A stretch of 64,000 nt of DNA from an uncultured archaeon (GTDB lineage Archaea; Asgardarchaeota; Lokiarchaeia; Sigyniarchaeales; SOKP01): the NCBI GenBank assembly GCA_964486045.1, contig CAZALK010000006.1, positions 1-64,000 on the forward strand, given 5' to 3'. Of this stretch, positions 40,084 to 50,679 are shown piece by piece (the first letter of the stretch is position 1; every line of letters begins with the position of its first letter). The notes below the pieces were generated by a model. The model had not been told where the DNA came from. It did not search any database and saw nothing but the letters and a program-made list of their open reading frames with translations. The translations under genes were made by a program, and so were the position numbers.

Positions 40084-41346
40084 GTGAATTTGCCAGATAA
40101 AGCTATTATTGGTCTTGATTATGGCCATAGCAACATTTTAACGCTAGAAGCATCTAGCTTTGGTGAATTTACACAATTTCTATTTACTTCTGGTTATTCA
40201 ATTGTTAAAATTGATTCTGGCTTTAACTCTTTAAGTGATTTAAAAAGATTTAAGGCCATTATCCTTTCAACACCAAAAAATGTGAGTTTGAACCCGAAGG
40301 AAATTGAGACGTTAGTGAGTTATGTGAAAAATGGTGGTAATCTTTTAATAACAAGTTCTAGTGGAGGAGACCACTCTAATAAAACCAATTTAAATGATTT
40401 GACAAGGAATTTTGGATTTGAATTTGTACCAGATGAGATAAACGATTCTGTGAGTTATGTTAACCTTCAAAAAAGACCTCTTATATCAAGATTTAAACCA
40501 CACATAATAACTGAACAAATAAAGAAAATAGTATTTTCAAGCACATGCTCTACCCGGGTGTTAGATTTTTTTGATGAAGATAAAAATATAAAAATCTTTA
40601 GGTTATTGCTCTCTGGGTTAAATAGTTGGCATAAAATTTATGATGGAAGTGAATGGGTTGAAGAAGATTCACCTAAAATCCCAATGCTGGTAGCTGTGGA
40701 ATATTATTCAGGAAGAGTAGTTGGATTTGGTAATGTCAGTATCTTTTCTTCTCTCACAAGAGAATATGGATTTACTGCTTTTGATAATGATCTATTAATT
40801 GCGAATACATTGAATTGGTTAACAACCGGAATCGAAACTGAAGGAAAGCCCGTAACAATGGAAATAAACTTAGAATTGTACTATTGGTTAGAGAATATAG
40901 TTAAAAATGAAAAATGGAATAGTTTTTCGGACCTTATCAATGTTAGTTTAAAATATTTCAAAGACAATTATCAGGAAATAATAGAAGGGATAAAGAAAAC
41001 CCAAGAAGAGAAATTAAAAAGAAGAAAAGCGTATGAAAAGTCAAAAAAAGATGTAAAAAAAGATTCTTCTGAAGAAAAAATTCTTGAGAAAGTTCCAGTA
41101 CTTGAACGAAAAAAGGAAGATCTTGAGGATATTATGAGTGCACTAGAAGAAATTACAGGAGAGCGTTATGAATTATCAATAGATCTTGAGGAAAAAGAGG
41201 AAGAAACAGATATGTCAACACAATCTTTAAATTATAACAAGAAAGATATAGAAGAATTTGAAAAAGGGTATCCAAAAAAAGCAATTTGGCACGGAGCACC
41301 AACTAAAGCCTTTAAAAACTGGTTAAAAAAAAAGGATAACAGTTAG
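40084..41346 (+). CDS. GIFT (GldG/IFT52-like) domain plus RHH-like segment and charged tail
   Basis: DYGHSN, IILSTP...EIETLVSYVKNGGNLLI, NLNDL...FG, GRVVGFG, DN....NTLNWL; then MEINLELYYWLENIV...FSDLINVSL. Confidence 0.7.
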   Translation: MNLPDKAIIGLDYGHSNILTLEASSFGEFTQFLFTSGYSIVKIDSGFNSLSDLKRFKAIILSTPKNVSLNPKEIETLVSYVKNGGNLLITSSSGGDHSNKTNLNDLTRNFGFEFVPDEINDSVSYVNLQKRPLISRFKPHIITEQIKKIVFSSTCSTRVLDFFDEDKNIKIFRLLLSGLNSWHKIYDGSEWVEEDSPKIPMLVAVEYYSGRVVGFGNVSIFSSLTREYGFTAFDNDLLIANTLNWLTTGIETEGKPVTMEINLELYYWLENIVKNEKWNSFSDLINVSLKYFKDNYQEIIEGIKKTQEEKLKRRKAYEKSKKDVKKDSSEEKILEKVPVLERKKEDLEDIMSALEEITGERYELSIDLEEKEEETDMSTQSLNYNKKDIEEFEKGYPKKAIWHGAPTKAFKNWLKKKDNS

Positions 41347-41431
41347 ATTGATGGTTTTTTTATTAATACTATCCAAAAAATAGAAATTCTACTCAGAATT
41401 CTTAATTTTAAAGATTTTTTTATTCTTACTT

Positions 41432-42844
41432 ATGGAAAGATTTTTATTTGTTTTAGGTTCGAATTGGCAAATTTCAATTGCAGAACTTGATAACTATCTT
41501 AGATATTCCAGAAATAAAGGGACGATTATTGATTATTCAGCTAATATAGCAGTAGTTGAGTTCGAAAAATTACATAAGGAAACATATTTTATAAATAAGC
41601 TTATGGAAATACAATTCACTTTAGGTGGTTGTCAGAAGATTGCTAAGATATTTGATTTTATTGATATTCACACAATCGAAGAGGGTTTCCCGTTGGAAAT
41701 TGAAAAATATAGATTTGTAGCAAAAAGTCGAAAAAAAATTCTAACCACAATCGATAATTCTCTAATAGGAAAAAATTTGATATTTCCCAAAGTATATGAA
41801 AGTATGTTCTTCGCGATATCGATATATCCAAGTCTTTATGAGGATAAATACTATTCTGAAATATTAGTAAAACATTTTTTACCTTTTTTAAATAAAGGAG
41901 TAATGGAACTTCTAAAACAAAAAGGAGCAGTGAAGAGCCTTTATTATAAATATCCAGAAAAAAATATGAAAGCAGGGAATTTAAATCCAATATTTCCTCA
42001 TGTTGTAATTAAATACGATTTACTTACCCAAAATAGAGCTGAAATTATATTCGGATTTACGGAGGAAGGAGTATATTTCGCAAGGACATTCATGGTTGAT
42101 GATCCTAATTTTAAAAAAAAAATCGATGAAGAACGACCTTTTAAAGAATTTAAAAGTAGTATTTCACCGAAGTTATCACTGATTATGTTAAATTTTTTAA
42201 ATTTGTTCAATAACAGAGAAAAAATAAAAATACTTGATCCGTTTGTTGGGAACGGTACTATTCTATTATTTGCACTATTACAAGACTTTCAAATCTATGG
42301 CTCAGATAAAGAGCAAACGAAAGTTAAAAATACTATTCGTAATTTAAACTGGATGTTGGAAGTATTAGAAGAACCACCACTTTTTATCGCTAACCAAATA
42401 CTAAAAATTGATGTTAAAAATTTATCGAATAATTTTAAACTAAATTTCTTTGATGGTATATGTACTGAACCAGAATTAGGACCTTTTTTTTTAGAAAAAC
42501 CCTTTTATATTCAAGCGAAAGAGGTGTTAGAAACAAAATTAGAGCCTATATATAACGATTTATTCAGAGAATCATATAAAATATTGAAAAATGATGGAAG
42601 AATTTGCTTAGTTGCTCCAATCATTAATACAATAGACGGAAATGATATCCAGTTAAACCTCGAGATTTTAGCATTGAAGCATAATTTTCAACTGATACCA
42701 ATGTTAGATCCTGATAGATTAATAAATAAATCAAATCCTAAGCTTCAATTTCGTAAGAAACCAGTGAAAAATTTAATTGATGCTAAGAAAGGTCAGATTA
42801 TTAAAAGAAAACTATACATTTTTGAGAAAAGCGTAAAAAAATGA
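41432..42844 (+). CDS. Trm11-like tRNA methyltransferase
   Basis: ISPKLSLIMLN, ILDPFVGNGT, GSD, ICTEPELG. Confidence 0.8.
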   Translation: MERFLFVLGSNWQISIAELDNYLRYSRNKGTIIDYSANIAVVEFEKLHKETYFINKLMEIQFTLGGCQKIAKIFDFIDIHTIEEGFPLEIEKYRFVAKSRKKILTTIDNSLIGKNLIFPKVYESMFFAISIYPSLYEDKYYSEILVKHFLPFLNKGVMELLKQKGAVKSLYYKYPEKNMKAGNLNPIFPHVVIKYDLLTQNRAEIIFGFTEEGVYFARTFMVDDPNFKKKIDEERPFKEFKSSISPKLSLIMLNFLNLFNNREKIKILDPFVGNGTILLFALLQDFQIYGSDKEQTKVKNTIRNLNWMLEVLEEPPLFIANQILKIDVKNLSNNFKLNFFDGICTEPELGPFFLEKPFYIQAKEVLETKLEPIYNDLFRESYKILKNDGRICLVAPIINTIDGNDIQLNLEILALKHNFQLIPMLDPDRLINKSNPKLQFRKKPVKNLIDAKKGQIIKRKLYIFEKSVKK

Positions 42845-43518
42845 ATTTTAAGGAAATATTAAACAAAATTGAGATTGAAATTGAAGGGGAAGCACATTTA
42901 GATGAACTAGCTAAGAAAAAACAAGATCCATTTAAAATTTTAATATCAACAATACTCTCAGCCCGAACAAGAGACTCTAATACAAGAATTGCATCTGAAA
43001 GATTATTTGCCATATATGACACACCTCAACTAATAGCTGAGGCACAATTAGACGAACTCGAAGAATTAATTAAAGTCTCTGGATTTTATAAGGTTAAAGC
43101 TGCGCGGATAAAAGAAGTTTCTAAAATACTGTTTGAGGATTATAATAGTAAAGTTCCTACTGATTTTGAAGAATTGATAAATTTACCAGGAGTTGGTCCT
43201 AAAACTGCAAATTGTGTGTTAGTGTATGCTTTTAAGATTCCTGCCATTCCAGTAGACGTTCATGTTCATAGGATAACAAATAGATTACAGTGGGTAACTA
43301 CTACTAACCCTGACAAAACAGAACAAGCTTTAAAAAAAATAATTCCTAAGGATTTATGGATAGATTTAAATCCATTGTTGGTTAGATTTGGCCAGCAAAA
43401 ATGTCTACCTATTCGTCCTAAATGTGAAATTTGCTCAATAAGGGATCTCTGTCCTAAAGATTTTTCAATGGAGAGAGCTAAAAAAAAGAAGAAGAAACTG
43501 AAAAATAAATCGGTTTAA
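42841..43518 (+). CDS. nth: Endonuclease III
   Basis: LISTILSARTRD, LPGVGPKTA, VDVHVHR, C-x6-C-x2-C-x5-C. Confidence 0.96.
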   Translation: MNFKEILNKIEIEIEGEAHLDELAKKKQDPFKILISTILSARTRDSNTRIASERLFAIYDTPQLIAEAQLDELEELIKVSGFYKVKAARIKEVSKILFEDYNSKVPTDFEELINLPGVGPKTANCVLVYAFKIPAIPVDVHVHRITNRLQWVTTTNPDKTEQALKKIIPKDLWIDLNPLLVRFGQQKCLPIRPKCEICSIRDLCPKDFSMERAKKKKKKLKNKSV

Positions 43519-44114
43519 TATAATTCTGTTATTTGGTTTTTACGATAATAGAATATATAACCTAATAGAAGTCCAGCTAGTAAACCAAAAATATGAGCCC
43601 ACATATTAATTCCTGGTGCAAAAGAGGCTATAATAAAATAGCCTATATATAAAAGGGCAAAAGGTAAGAGAGCGCGATTATCAGTTATTATTATGATTAG
43701 TGCTACCCCAATTAGGCCAAATATGGCTCCTGAGGCTCCCAAACTAATTACATCTAACGGTAATAAGAATAGTGAGAATAAATTGCCAAAGAATCCGGCT
43801 ATAAAATAAATCAATAAAAATTTTAACCTCGAAAGCCTCTGATTCGTTTCTATAGTTGCGCCAAACAATAATAGAGCAATTGAATTTGAAAGTAAATGTA
43901 ATTCACTTGCGTGAAAAAATATTGGTGTAATGAGTCTCCATAACTCATAGTTATCTATAATGTTTCTATTAATCTGGACAAATAATAAAATATACTCATC
44001 TGGTAGAGCGAAATTAAAGAGTAAAAAAATTGCAATATTTAAGAAAACTAAACTTATCGTGATTTTTGCATCCTTCAGATGGTCAATATCTAGAAACATC
44101 ACGATCAAAATCAC
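43515..44114 (-). CDS. Rhomboid intramembrane serine protease
   Basis: WRLIT..FFH...HLLSN, GASGAIFG, AHIFG. Confidence 0.95.
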   Translation of the reverse strand: MILIVMFLDIDHLKDAKITISLVFLNIAIFLLFNFALPDEYILLFVQINRNIIDNYELWRLITPIFFHASELHLLSNSIALLLFGATIETNQRLSRLKFLLIYFIAGFFGNLFSLFLLPLDVISLGASGAIFGLIGVALIIIITDNRALLPFALLYIGYFIIASFAPGINMWAHIFGLLAGLLLGYIFYYRKNQITELY

Positions 44115-44218
44115 TTTTTATCCAAAGTTATGTTGAGATAGAATTGAGAAAAACAGTTAAAAGTTATTATAACAAAATATAATAGTCTAGTTTTATATTA
44201 TTTTTTTAACAGCTCAAG

Positions 44219-45463
44219 TTGATAAATTTGGACAGAAATGAAAGACTAAAAGATAGGTTAAAAGTTAAAAAAAAACGTTTGTTAGATACCTTAATTTATA
44301 ACGAAATTTTAAAAGATAAAAGGCTAATTAAAGCATTTATTGACGTTCCTTTAGAACATTTTATACCCGAAAAGCTCAGAAATAATAGACTCTATGAGGA
44401 TGTACCAAACCTCTTTTATTATATTAAAGATAATCCAAGAAGTTCTAGGACAATTTCTGCTCCTCATATGATTACAATAATGCTTCAAGGACTAAATCTT
44501 GAGGAAAGTGATGATCTTTTAATACTAGGAGCAAAAAGTGGCTATATTGCAGCTTTAGCACATAAGTTAGCACCTAAAGGTGAGATAATAATTCTCGAAG
44601 CAAATTCCGATATTGCAAAACTTACAGCACAAAATTTAAAGAAGTTAAAATTAGACGATAGTGTAACAATTATTATGAAGAATCCTCTTAACGGAGCGCC
44701 AGATTTATGCCCATGGCATAAAATATTAGTAACGGGTGCAATTGAGCAGTTAAAGATTTATTCTTTGTTAAATCAACTTGATAAAGATGGTGGGGTTTTA
44801 TTCGCTCCTATTGGACCATCAAATACACAGTTGGATCATCAAAATTATACTCAAATTTTGAGACAAGGAGACGAATTTTTTGGAAAAAAACAACTTCAGG
44901 TAAGGTTTTCACCATTAATAACTCAATTAGAAATAGATGAATTAGAATTAATAACAGATTTTGAGAAATTTGAGATTAAAGATTCACCTGGTCCAGCAAA
45001 CGATTATGAAAAAGATTATTGGGAAAAAAAAATAGCTATTAAATACACATCCAATATTCTTGATACTATAACTCCAGAAGATATAGTTAGAACTGAATCT
45101 ACAGATAAATCCGAAAGGGATTTAGTGGTGTCGCATTTTGAAAGAGTTGCCGAAATTGTTAAGAGCTTAAGATTGGAAGAAGACCTCAACAAAATTTTTA
45201 CTAAAATTGATACCATTGATGATACATTTGAGAAATTAAGAGTACATAAACGAAATTTTGAGCTTAAAATTAAAAAAATGCAAAATAGTTTAAATCAGAT
45301 AAGATCTCTTAATATCGTTAGAAAAGAATTAAAAAACAAAGATTTAACAGATTCTGCAGTTTTAGAACAAAAAATTAGTGTAATAAATCAACAGCTTTTT
45401 GAACTTAATCAATTGATGAAATTAATAAAAGAAGAAATAAAACGGATAAAATCTGTATATTGA
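44219..45463 (+). CDS. Protein-L-isoaspartate O-methyltransferase-like domain with a C-terminal helical extension
   Basis: AFIDVPLEHFIP, TISAPHM, LILGAKSGYIAAL, ILVTGA, QL..GG.LFAPIG, VRFSPL. Confidence 0.8.
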   Translation: MINLDRNERLKDRLKVKKKRLLDTLIYNEILKDKRLIKAFIDVPLEHFIPEKLRNNRLYEDVPNLFYYIKDNPRSSRTISAPHMITIMLQGLNLEESDDLLILGAKSGYIAALAHKLAPKGEIIILEANSDIAKLTAQNLKKLKLDDSVTIIMKNPLNGAPDLCPWHKILVTGAIEQLKIYSLLNQLDKDGGVLFAPIGPSNTQLDHQNYTQILRQGDEFFGKKQLQVRFSPLITQLEIDELELITDFEKFEIKDSPGPANDYEKDYWEKKIAIKYTSNILDTITPEDIVRTESTDKSERDLVVSHFERVAEIVKSLRLEEDLNKIFTKIDTIDDTFEKLRVHKRNFELKIKKMQNSLNQIRSLNIVRKELKNKDLTDSAVLEQKISVINQQLFELNQLMKLIKEEIKRIKSVY

Positions 45464-45556
45464 AATGGAGTCAGATTTACATTTCTTATAAATATTACAA
45501 TTGATAGACAGATTGCGAGAAGCGTTGATATTTTACTTTCCTCAACTCACTTATTA

Positions 45557-46204
45557 TTAAAAAATATATTCCAAATTATAAAATCCGATTAAAATCACAA
45601 AGATTGCTATAATCATGAGTAAAGAATTGTAAGGTGGGGATATTACTCTATAAGGTGTTTTTTCTTTATAGGTTTCATACAGTATACCAAATCTAGGGAC
45701 AAACACGTATTTCTCTTTTAAAAAACCATATAAATTTGTTATTATTATTAATAGAGGAGTAATGACTAGACCAACAAATGAATCTAATATAAATGTCGAA
45801 CCTATAAATAACAATAACCAGGCTAAGCAGGTTGGATGCCTTATAATCTTGTAAACACCATTTGTTACCAATCTATAATCTTCTTCATCTTCTTGTATAT
45901 CTTTTACGCTTTTCTTGATTAAAGTATAAATTTTAACTCCTACGGCTGAGAAAATGACACCAAGCATTAAAAACCAAATCCAATATTGTCGGAAATAACT
46001 TACGTTATCATTAAAGTAGGGCTCTAAAAAGCTTGAACTAATAAATGGAATAGGATTTAAACATATAACACAAATAAGTGGAAATATTTTCTTATAAGCA
46101 GATAATATTTTATCTTTCTTATTCAAAATTTTAATCTGTATTGTCCAGAAGACGGTAAAATTTATTAGAAATACTGTAATTAAGATTAGACTTATTATTA
46201 TCAT
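45557..46204 (-). CDS. ICMT/PEMT family membrane methyltransferase
   Basis: LVTNGVYKIIRHP...EK....RFG..YETYKEKTP. Confidence 0.85.
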   Translation of the reverse strand: MIIISLILITVFLINFTVFWTIQIKILNKKDKILSAYKKIFPLICVICLNPIPFISSSFLEPYFNDNVSYFRQYWIWFLMLGVIFSAVGVKIYTLIKKSVKDIQEDEEDYRLVTNGVYKIIRHPTCLAWLLLFIGSTFILDSFVGLVITPLLIIITNLYGFLKEKYVFVPRFGILYETYKEKTPYRVISPPYNSLLMIIAIFVILIGFYNLEYIF

Positions 46205-46492
46205 AAAACACTTCCTACAGATAGAAGTCGATTTTCTATTGTAATGCTATACATTAGAATATTTTTTGTAGCTAAATTAATTTTCTAAAAGCATGGATTT
46301 TCTTATTCTTCTTTAATACTTTAAAACCACATCTCTAAACTCAAAACTGGTTGTTTAAGACTAAAAAATGTTATGGTTTCGTTGTTAAAATCAAACTATT
46401 AAGAATTTAATAAATCTTTAACCGAAACTTTTTATCTTTCAAGAAACTTTTTCTTTTTATAGAATTTTGATGGATTTTTGGTTATCTCTTAA

Positions 46493-47737
46493 ATGCCTGA
46501 ATTAATATCTCTTAGATGTTTTTATTACAGTAATGGAAAGGATCCTTCTGTGTTGAGTTCATATATAGCTCCACCATATGATGTTATTTCAGAAGAAGAG
46601 AAGCGAGATTTGAAGAATAAGAATCCTAATAATATATGTCATGTAATACTTCCAGAAAGGTATGAAATTGCTGGTCGGAAATTAGATGAGATGATTGAAA
46701 ACAATACTTTAATTTCTAACAAAAACAGATGCATTTGTATATATGGAATAGAATACGTAAGACCGGATAATGGTAAAAGAATGACTAGATATGGCTTTGT
46801 AGGCTTATTAAAGCTAGCTGAAATATTTCCGGCGGTAGATGGAATTGTGCCACATGAAATGACTTTTAAGAAATTTACGGTGGATAGGTTAAATCTAATA
46901 GAGAAAACTGATGCGAATTTTTCTCCCATTTTTACAATTTATAATGGAAACGGTTCTGCTATTAACATTTTTAACAAATACGTAAGCACAGAACCGTACC
47001 TTAAAACTTTTGATAGAGAAGGTTTCACTCATAAAATCTGGATGATTTCAAATGAGGAAGATATTAAACAGTTTCAGGAGATCATAAAGAAGAATAGTGT
47101 TATTATTGCTGATGGTCATCATCGTTATATTACATGTCTTCGTCATAGCCGGAATGGTGGGTGTAAATACATTATGGCTCTTTTTATCGACTTTAACGAT
47201 CCTGGGCTAATTATCTATACTAATCACCGTCAAATACACAAACTCCCTGTTGAGAATCTAGATGATCTTAAAAACAAGGTTAAATCTACTTTTATGATTA
47301 ATGAAAATATTACTAATTTTCAAAAGCTAAGAGAATTAATGGAAAAAAACAAAGGAAAACACGTTTTTGGATGTTACACAAAAAACAAATTTATTTTTTT
47401 AAAACTAAAAAAAGAAATAAATATCGAAGAATTGGTATCAGGAAATCACTCAAAAGATTGGAAAAATTTATCTCTCCCTATATTGCATAATATTCTTTTA
47501 AAGAATTGTCTCAATATCAAACCAGAAGATATATCTTTTATTAAAGATGAAGAAAAAGGTTTAGAAAATGTTGACAACGGAATTATTGATGCACTATTCA
47601 TGGTTAATCCTCCAACCCTGGAGGAAATTCAAAGAATTACTCAGTTAGGAGAAATTATGCCTCAAAAATCCACTTATTTCTATCCTAAACCATTATCTGG
47701 GCTCATAATACACCGTCACACAGGTAGTATAGAGTGA
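46493..47737 (+). CDS. DUF1015 family protein
   Basis: APPYDVIS, PHEMT, IADGHHRY, MPQKSTYFYPKPLSGL. Confidence 0.93.
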   Translation: MPELISLRCFYYSNGKDPSVLSSYIAPPYDVISEEEKRDLKNKNPNNICHVILPERYEIAGRKLDEMIENNTLISNKNRCICIYGIEYVRPDNGKRMTRYGFVGLLKLAEIFPAVDGIVPHEMTFKKFTVDRLNLIEKTDANFSPIFTIYNGNGSAINIFNKYVSTEPYLKTFDREGFTHKIWMISNEEDIKQFQEIIKKNSVIIADGHHRYITCLRHSRNGGCKYIMALFIDFNDPGLIIYTNHRQIHKLPVENLDDLKNKVKSTFMINENITNFQKLRELMEKNKGKHVFGCYTKNKFIFLKLKKEINIEELVSGNHSKDWKNLSLPILHNILLKNCLNIKPEDISFIKDEEKGLENVDNGIIDALFMVNPPTLEEIQRITQLGEIMPQKSTYFYPKPLSGLIIHRHTGSIE

Positions 47738-47817
47738 ATCTTTTTAACAATGGTCTTAGCTTTAAATTCGATATATTTAAAATATTATTTTAAATCTAAG
47801 ATATTAACATTATTATA

Positions 47818-48192
47818 TTGGTGATTGAAATGGGAGAAGAAGAAAAAGAAGAAGATAATTTATCAAAAGAAGAACTTGAAGTGTTCTACGAGGTTTTATT
47901 TAAAAGAATTATGGACTTAATTAAAAAACCCAAAATTGATGCTGATCCATTTGGAGAAATGATTAAAGGATTATCTGTATTATCTGGCATATTTTCTTTT
48001 AAAGGAATGGTTTCTTTGATACCAGAGCTAATTGCAAGTGCCATTAGATACGGAATGATGGTCGAAAAAGCATATGAGCAAGAGCAATTGAATATAGATG
48101 AAGATGAACAAGGATTAAGCGTTATTAAAGAACAAGAAAGACGATTGTCCAAAATTAAAGAAGATTTAGACAAAGTTGGTTTATACCTCTAA
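47818..48192 (+). CDS. Hypothetical protein
   Basis: ORF with GGTGA before ATG 47830; followed by a T-tract. Confidence 0.65.
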   Translation: MVIEMGEEEKEEDNLSKEELEVFYEVLFKRIMDLIKKPKIDADPFGEMIKGLSVLSGIFSFKGMVSLIPELIASAIRYGMMVEKAYEQEQLNIDEDEQGLSVIKEQERRLSKIKEDLDKVGLYL

Positions 48193-48200
48193 AAATATGG

Positions 48201-48220
48201 TTTTTTTTTAATTTTTTTGT
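48201..48220. terminator. Oligo-T terminator region between convergent genes
   Basis: T9/T7 tracts after the 48192 stop; A-tracts at 48241-48265 could serve the opposite gene. Confidence 0.45.
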
Positions 48221-48285
48221 TCAGTATTTCTCCTTTATTTAAAAAAATTAGAAAAAAAGAAAAATTATATGGAATTTTTAAAAAA

Positions 48286-50409
48286 TTAGTTATATTTGGT
48301 TTTAAATCCTTTTAACTTAACTAAAACATCATCTCTCAATGAACCAACTACAATTTTATCACCAAGATTTTTCATTTCTTTAGCAAATGCTAATACTTGA
48401 TGTAAAACTGGTCCCGGAGGTAGAGCTTCCTTAGTATCCTCCAAAATCTGACTTAATTTTGTTGCAGTTATAGCTTTATCAACTTGTTTATATAAATTAA
48501 TAAAAGTATCATGAATCTTTCCTGATTGTGCATGTTCAACATGTGCTTTTGGTGTTTCTGTACCTGCAGGAGGTGCTCCAGAAGAACCAGATGATTCTCC
48601 ACCACCTCTTCCTAAAACTATAATAACGGGTTCAGATCGCGGATAGTCACCTGAACCTGAGCAATTATAATTAATGCTTATAGAAGAACCACCTTTAATT
48701 TCAACTACTTTTACATGTAATTCTGAGAAATCACCTACTTGGACAACTTCGTGAGTTGTTCCTTCGGGAGGTGTGAATTCGGTTAAACTAAAACCTGTGG
48801 GTATTATGTCTTTAACTAATAAATTCTCTAATTCCACATCTCCTTTGTTTTGAACTCTTACTCCTATACTAAATTCCCCTTCTGAAAGTCCAGGTTTGAT
48901 ACTTTTGAGTGTTTTGAGTTTACGTTTAACGTATCTGACTTTTAGTTCTGGTTCTTCATCAGGTGATTTTATAAAAGATTTTCCCTCAAGAGGACTATTA
49001 ATATCTATTTTTACGGGCGTCATGTATTTTGTTTCTGTTGGTGGCCTTGGATTTCTTGCTAAAAGTGGATAGGAAATTACCATCTCCTTCTGTGGTAGAA
49101 ATTCCTTTGAAAGATTAAATAGCTCTATATACACTTGATGTTTTTTAGAAAAATCTTGATCACTAGGATCTATAAGTATTCGATTGATAAATTCCTCTCT
49201 TGAACCTACATCTACATCTCCTCCTAATATAATTGATAAATCTTTTACTAAAGGAGGAATAAAATCAGGAGGGATTTCATCTGACACAAATACTTTTTCA
49301 ATCACAGAAGAACCAATATTTACAATGGTGTTAACAATTTTCATATTTGTATTGGCATAAGCGTCAACTTCAGGCGGATTAATAGCTTTATCAATACTTG
49401 CACTTAAAACAGTATAAATTGTCGATTCCTTTATAATTTCTCCAATGACTCTAGGAACTACTATAAACAATGGTGTAAAAACAATTTCTGAAGATAATTC
49501 AGGAACATCTTTAGCCTCAACCAGAAAATCAAAATCCCAAGATTCATCAGGATTTAGTACTTTATCTGGTGTTTCGGAAACAACCGTTTCTACTCCAGTA
49601 GGAATATTTTGCGTGACTTTGGTATCTTCTAACTTTACTTGGAATTCAGATTCATTAATGAATTCAACATTGCAATCCCACATTCCTGGCGTAGTGCCTT
49701 CATCTCTATCAATTCCACTCATTGAATCTGTTAATCCCCGTACACTAGGATCCATCATTGTTAATTTATAATTATTAATTAAATAATTAACAGTTAAGAC
49801 TCCTAGTTCTTGGCTAACTAACTCACTCATCTTTACCGTGAAGAAGATTTCCAGTTCAGCTGGAGTTTGAGCATCTAAAGAGGGTATTTCCCATGAAAGG
49901 ATTCTTTTCCCCTCTTCTTCTCTCAGAGATGCGGCACCGTGGCTTGGATCTCTCATTTCAACCTCTTGAATAAAAGCAGGCATGTCTCTTTGAGTTTTAA
50001 TATCTAAAATAGGCAAATTCAAAGGATTAGTAAGGATTAGTTTGAGACTGCATTTATTGTCATTTTGATAGAGAAATGCATTATTTACTTTGCCTGTTAT
50101 AGACTTTTCTGCATCAAACATTTCCTCTACTTTTAGAGTGGGGTTTTTAAGATCCTTAATTTCATAGTCTTTGGCAAATTCTTGAGTAGGGTTTATGATA
50201 CCAACGGATAACTCTTTTGATTCAAGATTAGTGTTAACGGGTTCCTTAACATCGCACACCATATTCCAGAGTCTGCTCTTTTGAGTAGGATTTTTTACAA
50301 GAAGTGTTCCACTGCCAGAAATTTCTTTCAGATTTTGCTCTCCATCGAGAAGGATGAATTCTTTATCAGTTATTTCTATTATTATTAGGTTTTCGGACAT
50401 CGATATCAA
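48286..50409 (-). CDS. Cytoplasmic multi-beta-sandwich protein with a mu-homology-like N-terminus
   Basis: NLIIIEITDKEFILLDGEQNLKEISGSGTLLVKN and ILSWEIPSL; repeated N.G.....V.D.IP..F modules; no signal peptide or TM. Confidence 0.6.
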   Translation of the reverse strand: MISMSENLIIIEITDKEFILLDGEQNLKEISGSGTLLVKNPTQKSRLWNMVCDVKEPVNTNLESKELSVGIINPTQEFAKDYEIKDLKNPTLKVEEMFDAEKSITGKVNNAFLYQNDNKCSLKLILTNPLNLPILDIKTQRDMPAFIQEVEMRDPSHGAASLREEEGKRILSWEIPSLDAQTPAELEIFFTVKMSELVSQELGVLTVNYLINNYKLTMMDPSVRGLTDSMSGIDRDEGTTPGMWDCNVEFINESEFQVKLEDTKVTQNIPTGVETVVSETPDKVLNPDESWDFDFLVEAKDVPELSSEIVFTPLFIVVPRVIGEIIKESTIYTVLSASIDKAINPPEVDAYANTNMKIVNTIVNIGSSVIEKVFVSDEIPPDFIPPLVKDLSIILGGDVDVGSREEFINRILIDPSDQDFSKKHQVYIELFNLSKEFLPQKEMVISYPLLARNPRPPTETKYMTPVKIDINSPLEGKSFIKSPDEEPELKVRYVKRKLKTLKSIKPGLSEGEFSIGVRVQNKGDVELENLLVKDIIPTGFSLTEFTPPEGTTHEVVQVGDFSELHVKVVEIKGGSSISINYNCSGSGDYPRSEPVIIVLGRGGGESSGSSGAPPAGTETPKAHVEHAQSGKIHDTFINLYKQVDKAITATKLSQILEDTKEALPPGPVLHQVLAFAKEMKNLGDKIVVGSLRDDVLVKLKGFKTKYN

Positions 50410-50679
50410 TTTTATTTTCTTATAATAAAATTTTCTACAAATTTTGTTATCAAAATAATAAAACTAAGGTTTTATAAATTTCTCTAAAAACTAAATCCTT
50501 AAGTAGTGAACTAATAAAAATCATTCAGTTGTGAATTAGTAACTAAGAAGAAAAAAAATACTTAATCAAATGAAATGGTCACAATTGCTAAAATATTTGA
50601 TAGAATCGGGTTAGTCATAGTTAGAAATACCATGCTCTATTTAAATTCGTGAATTGAAATTCTTTTCTATGGTTATAAT

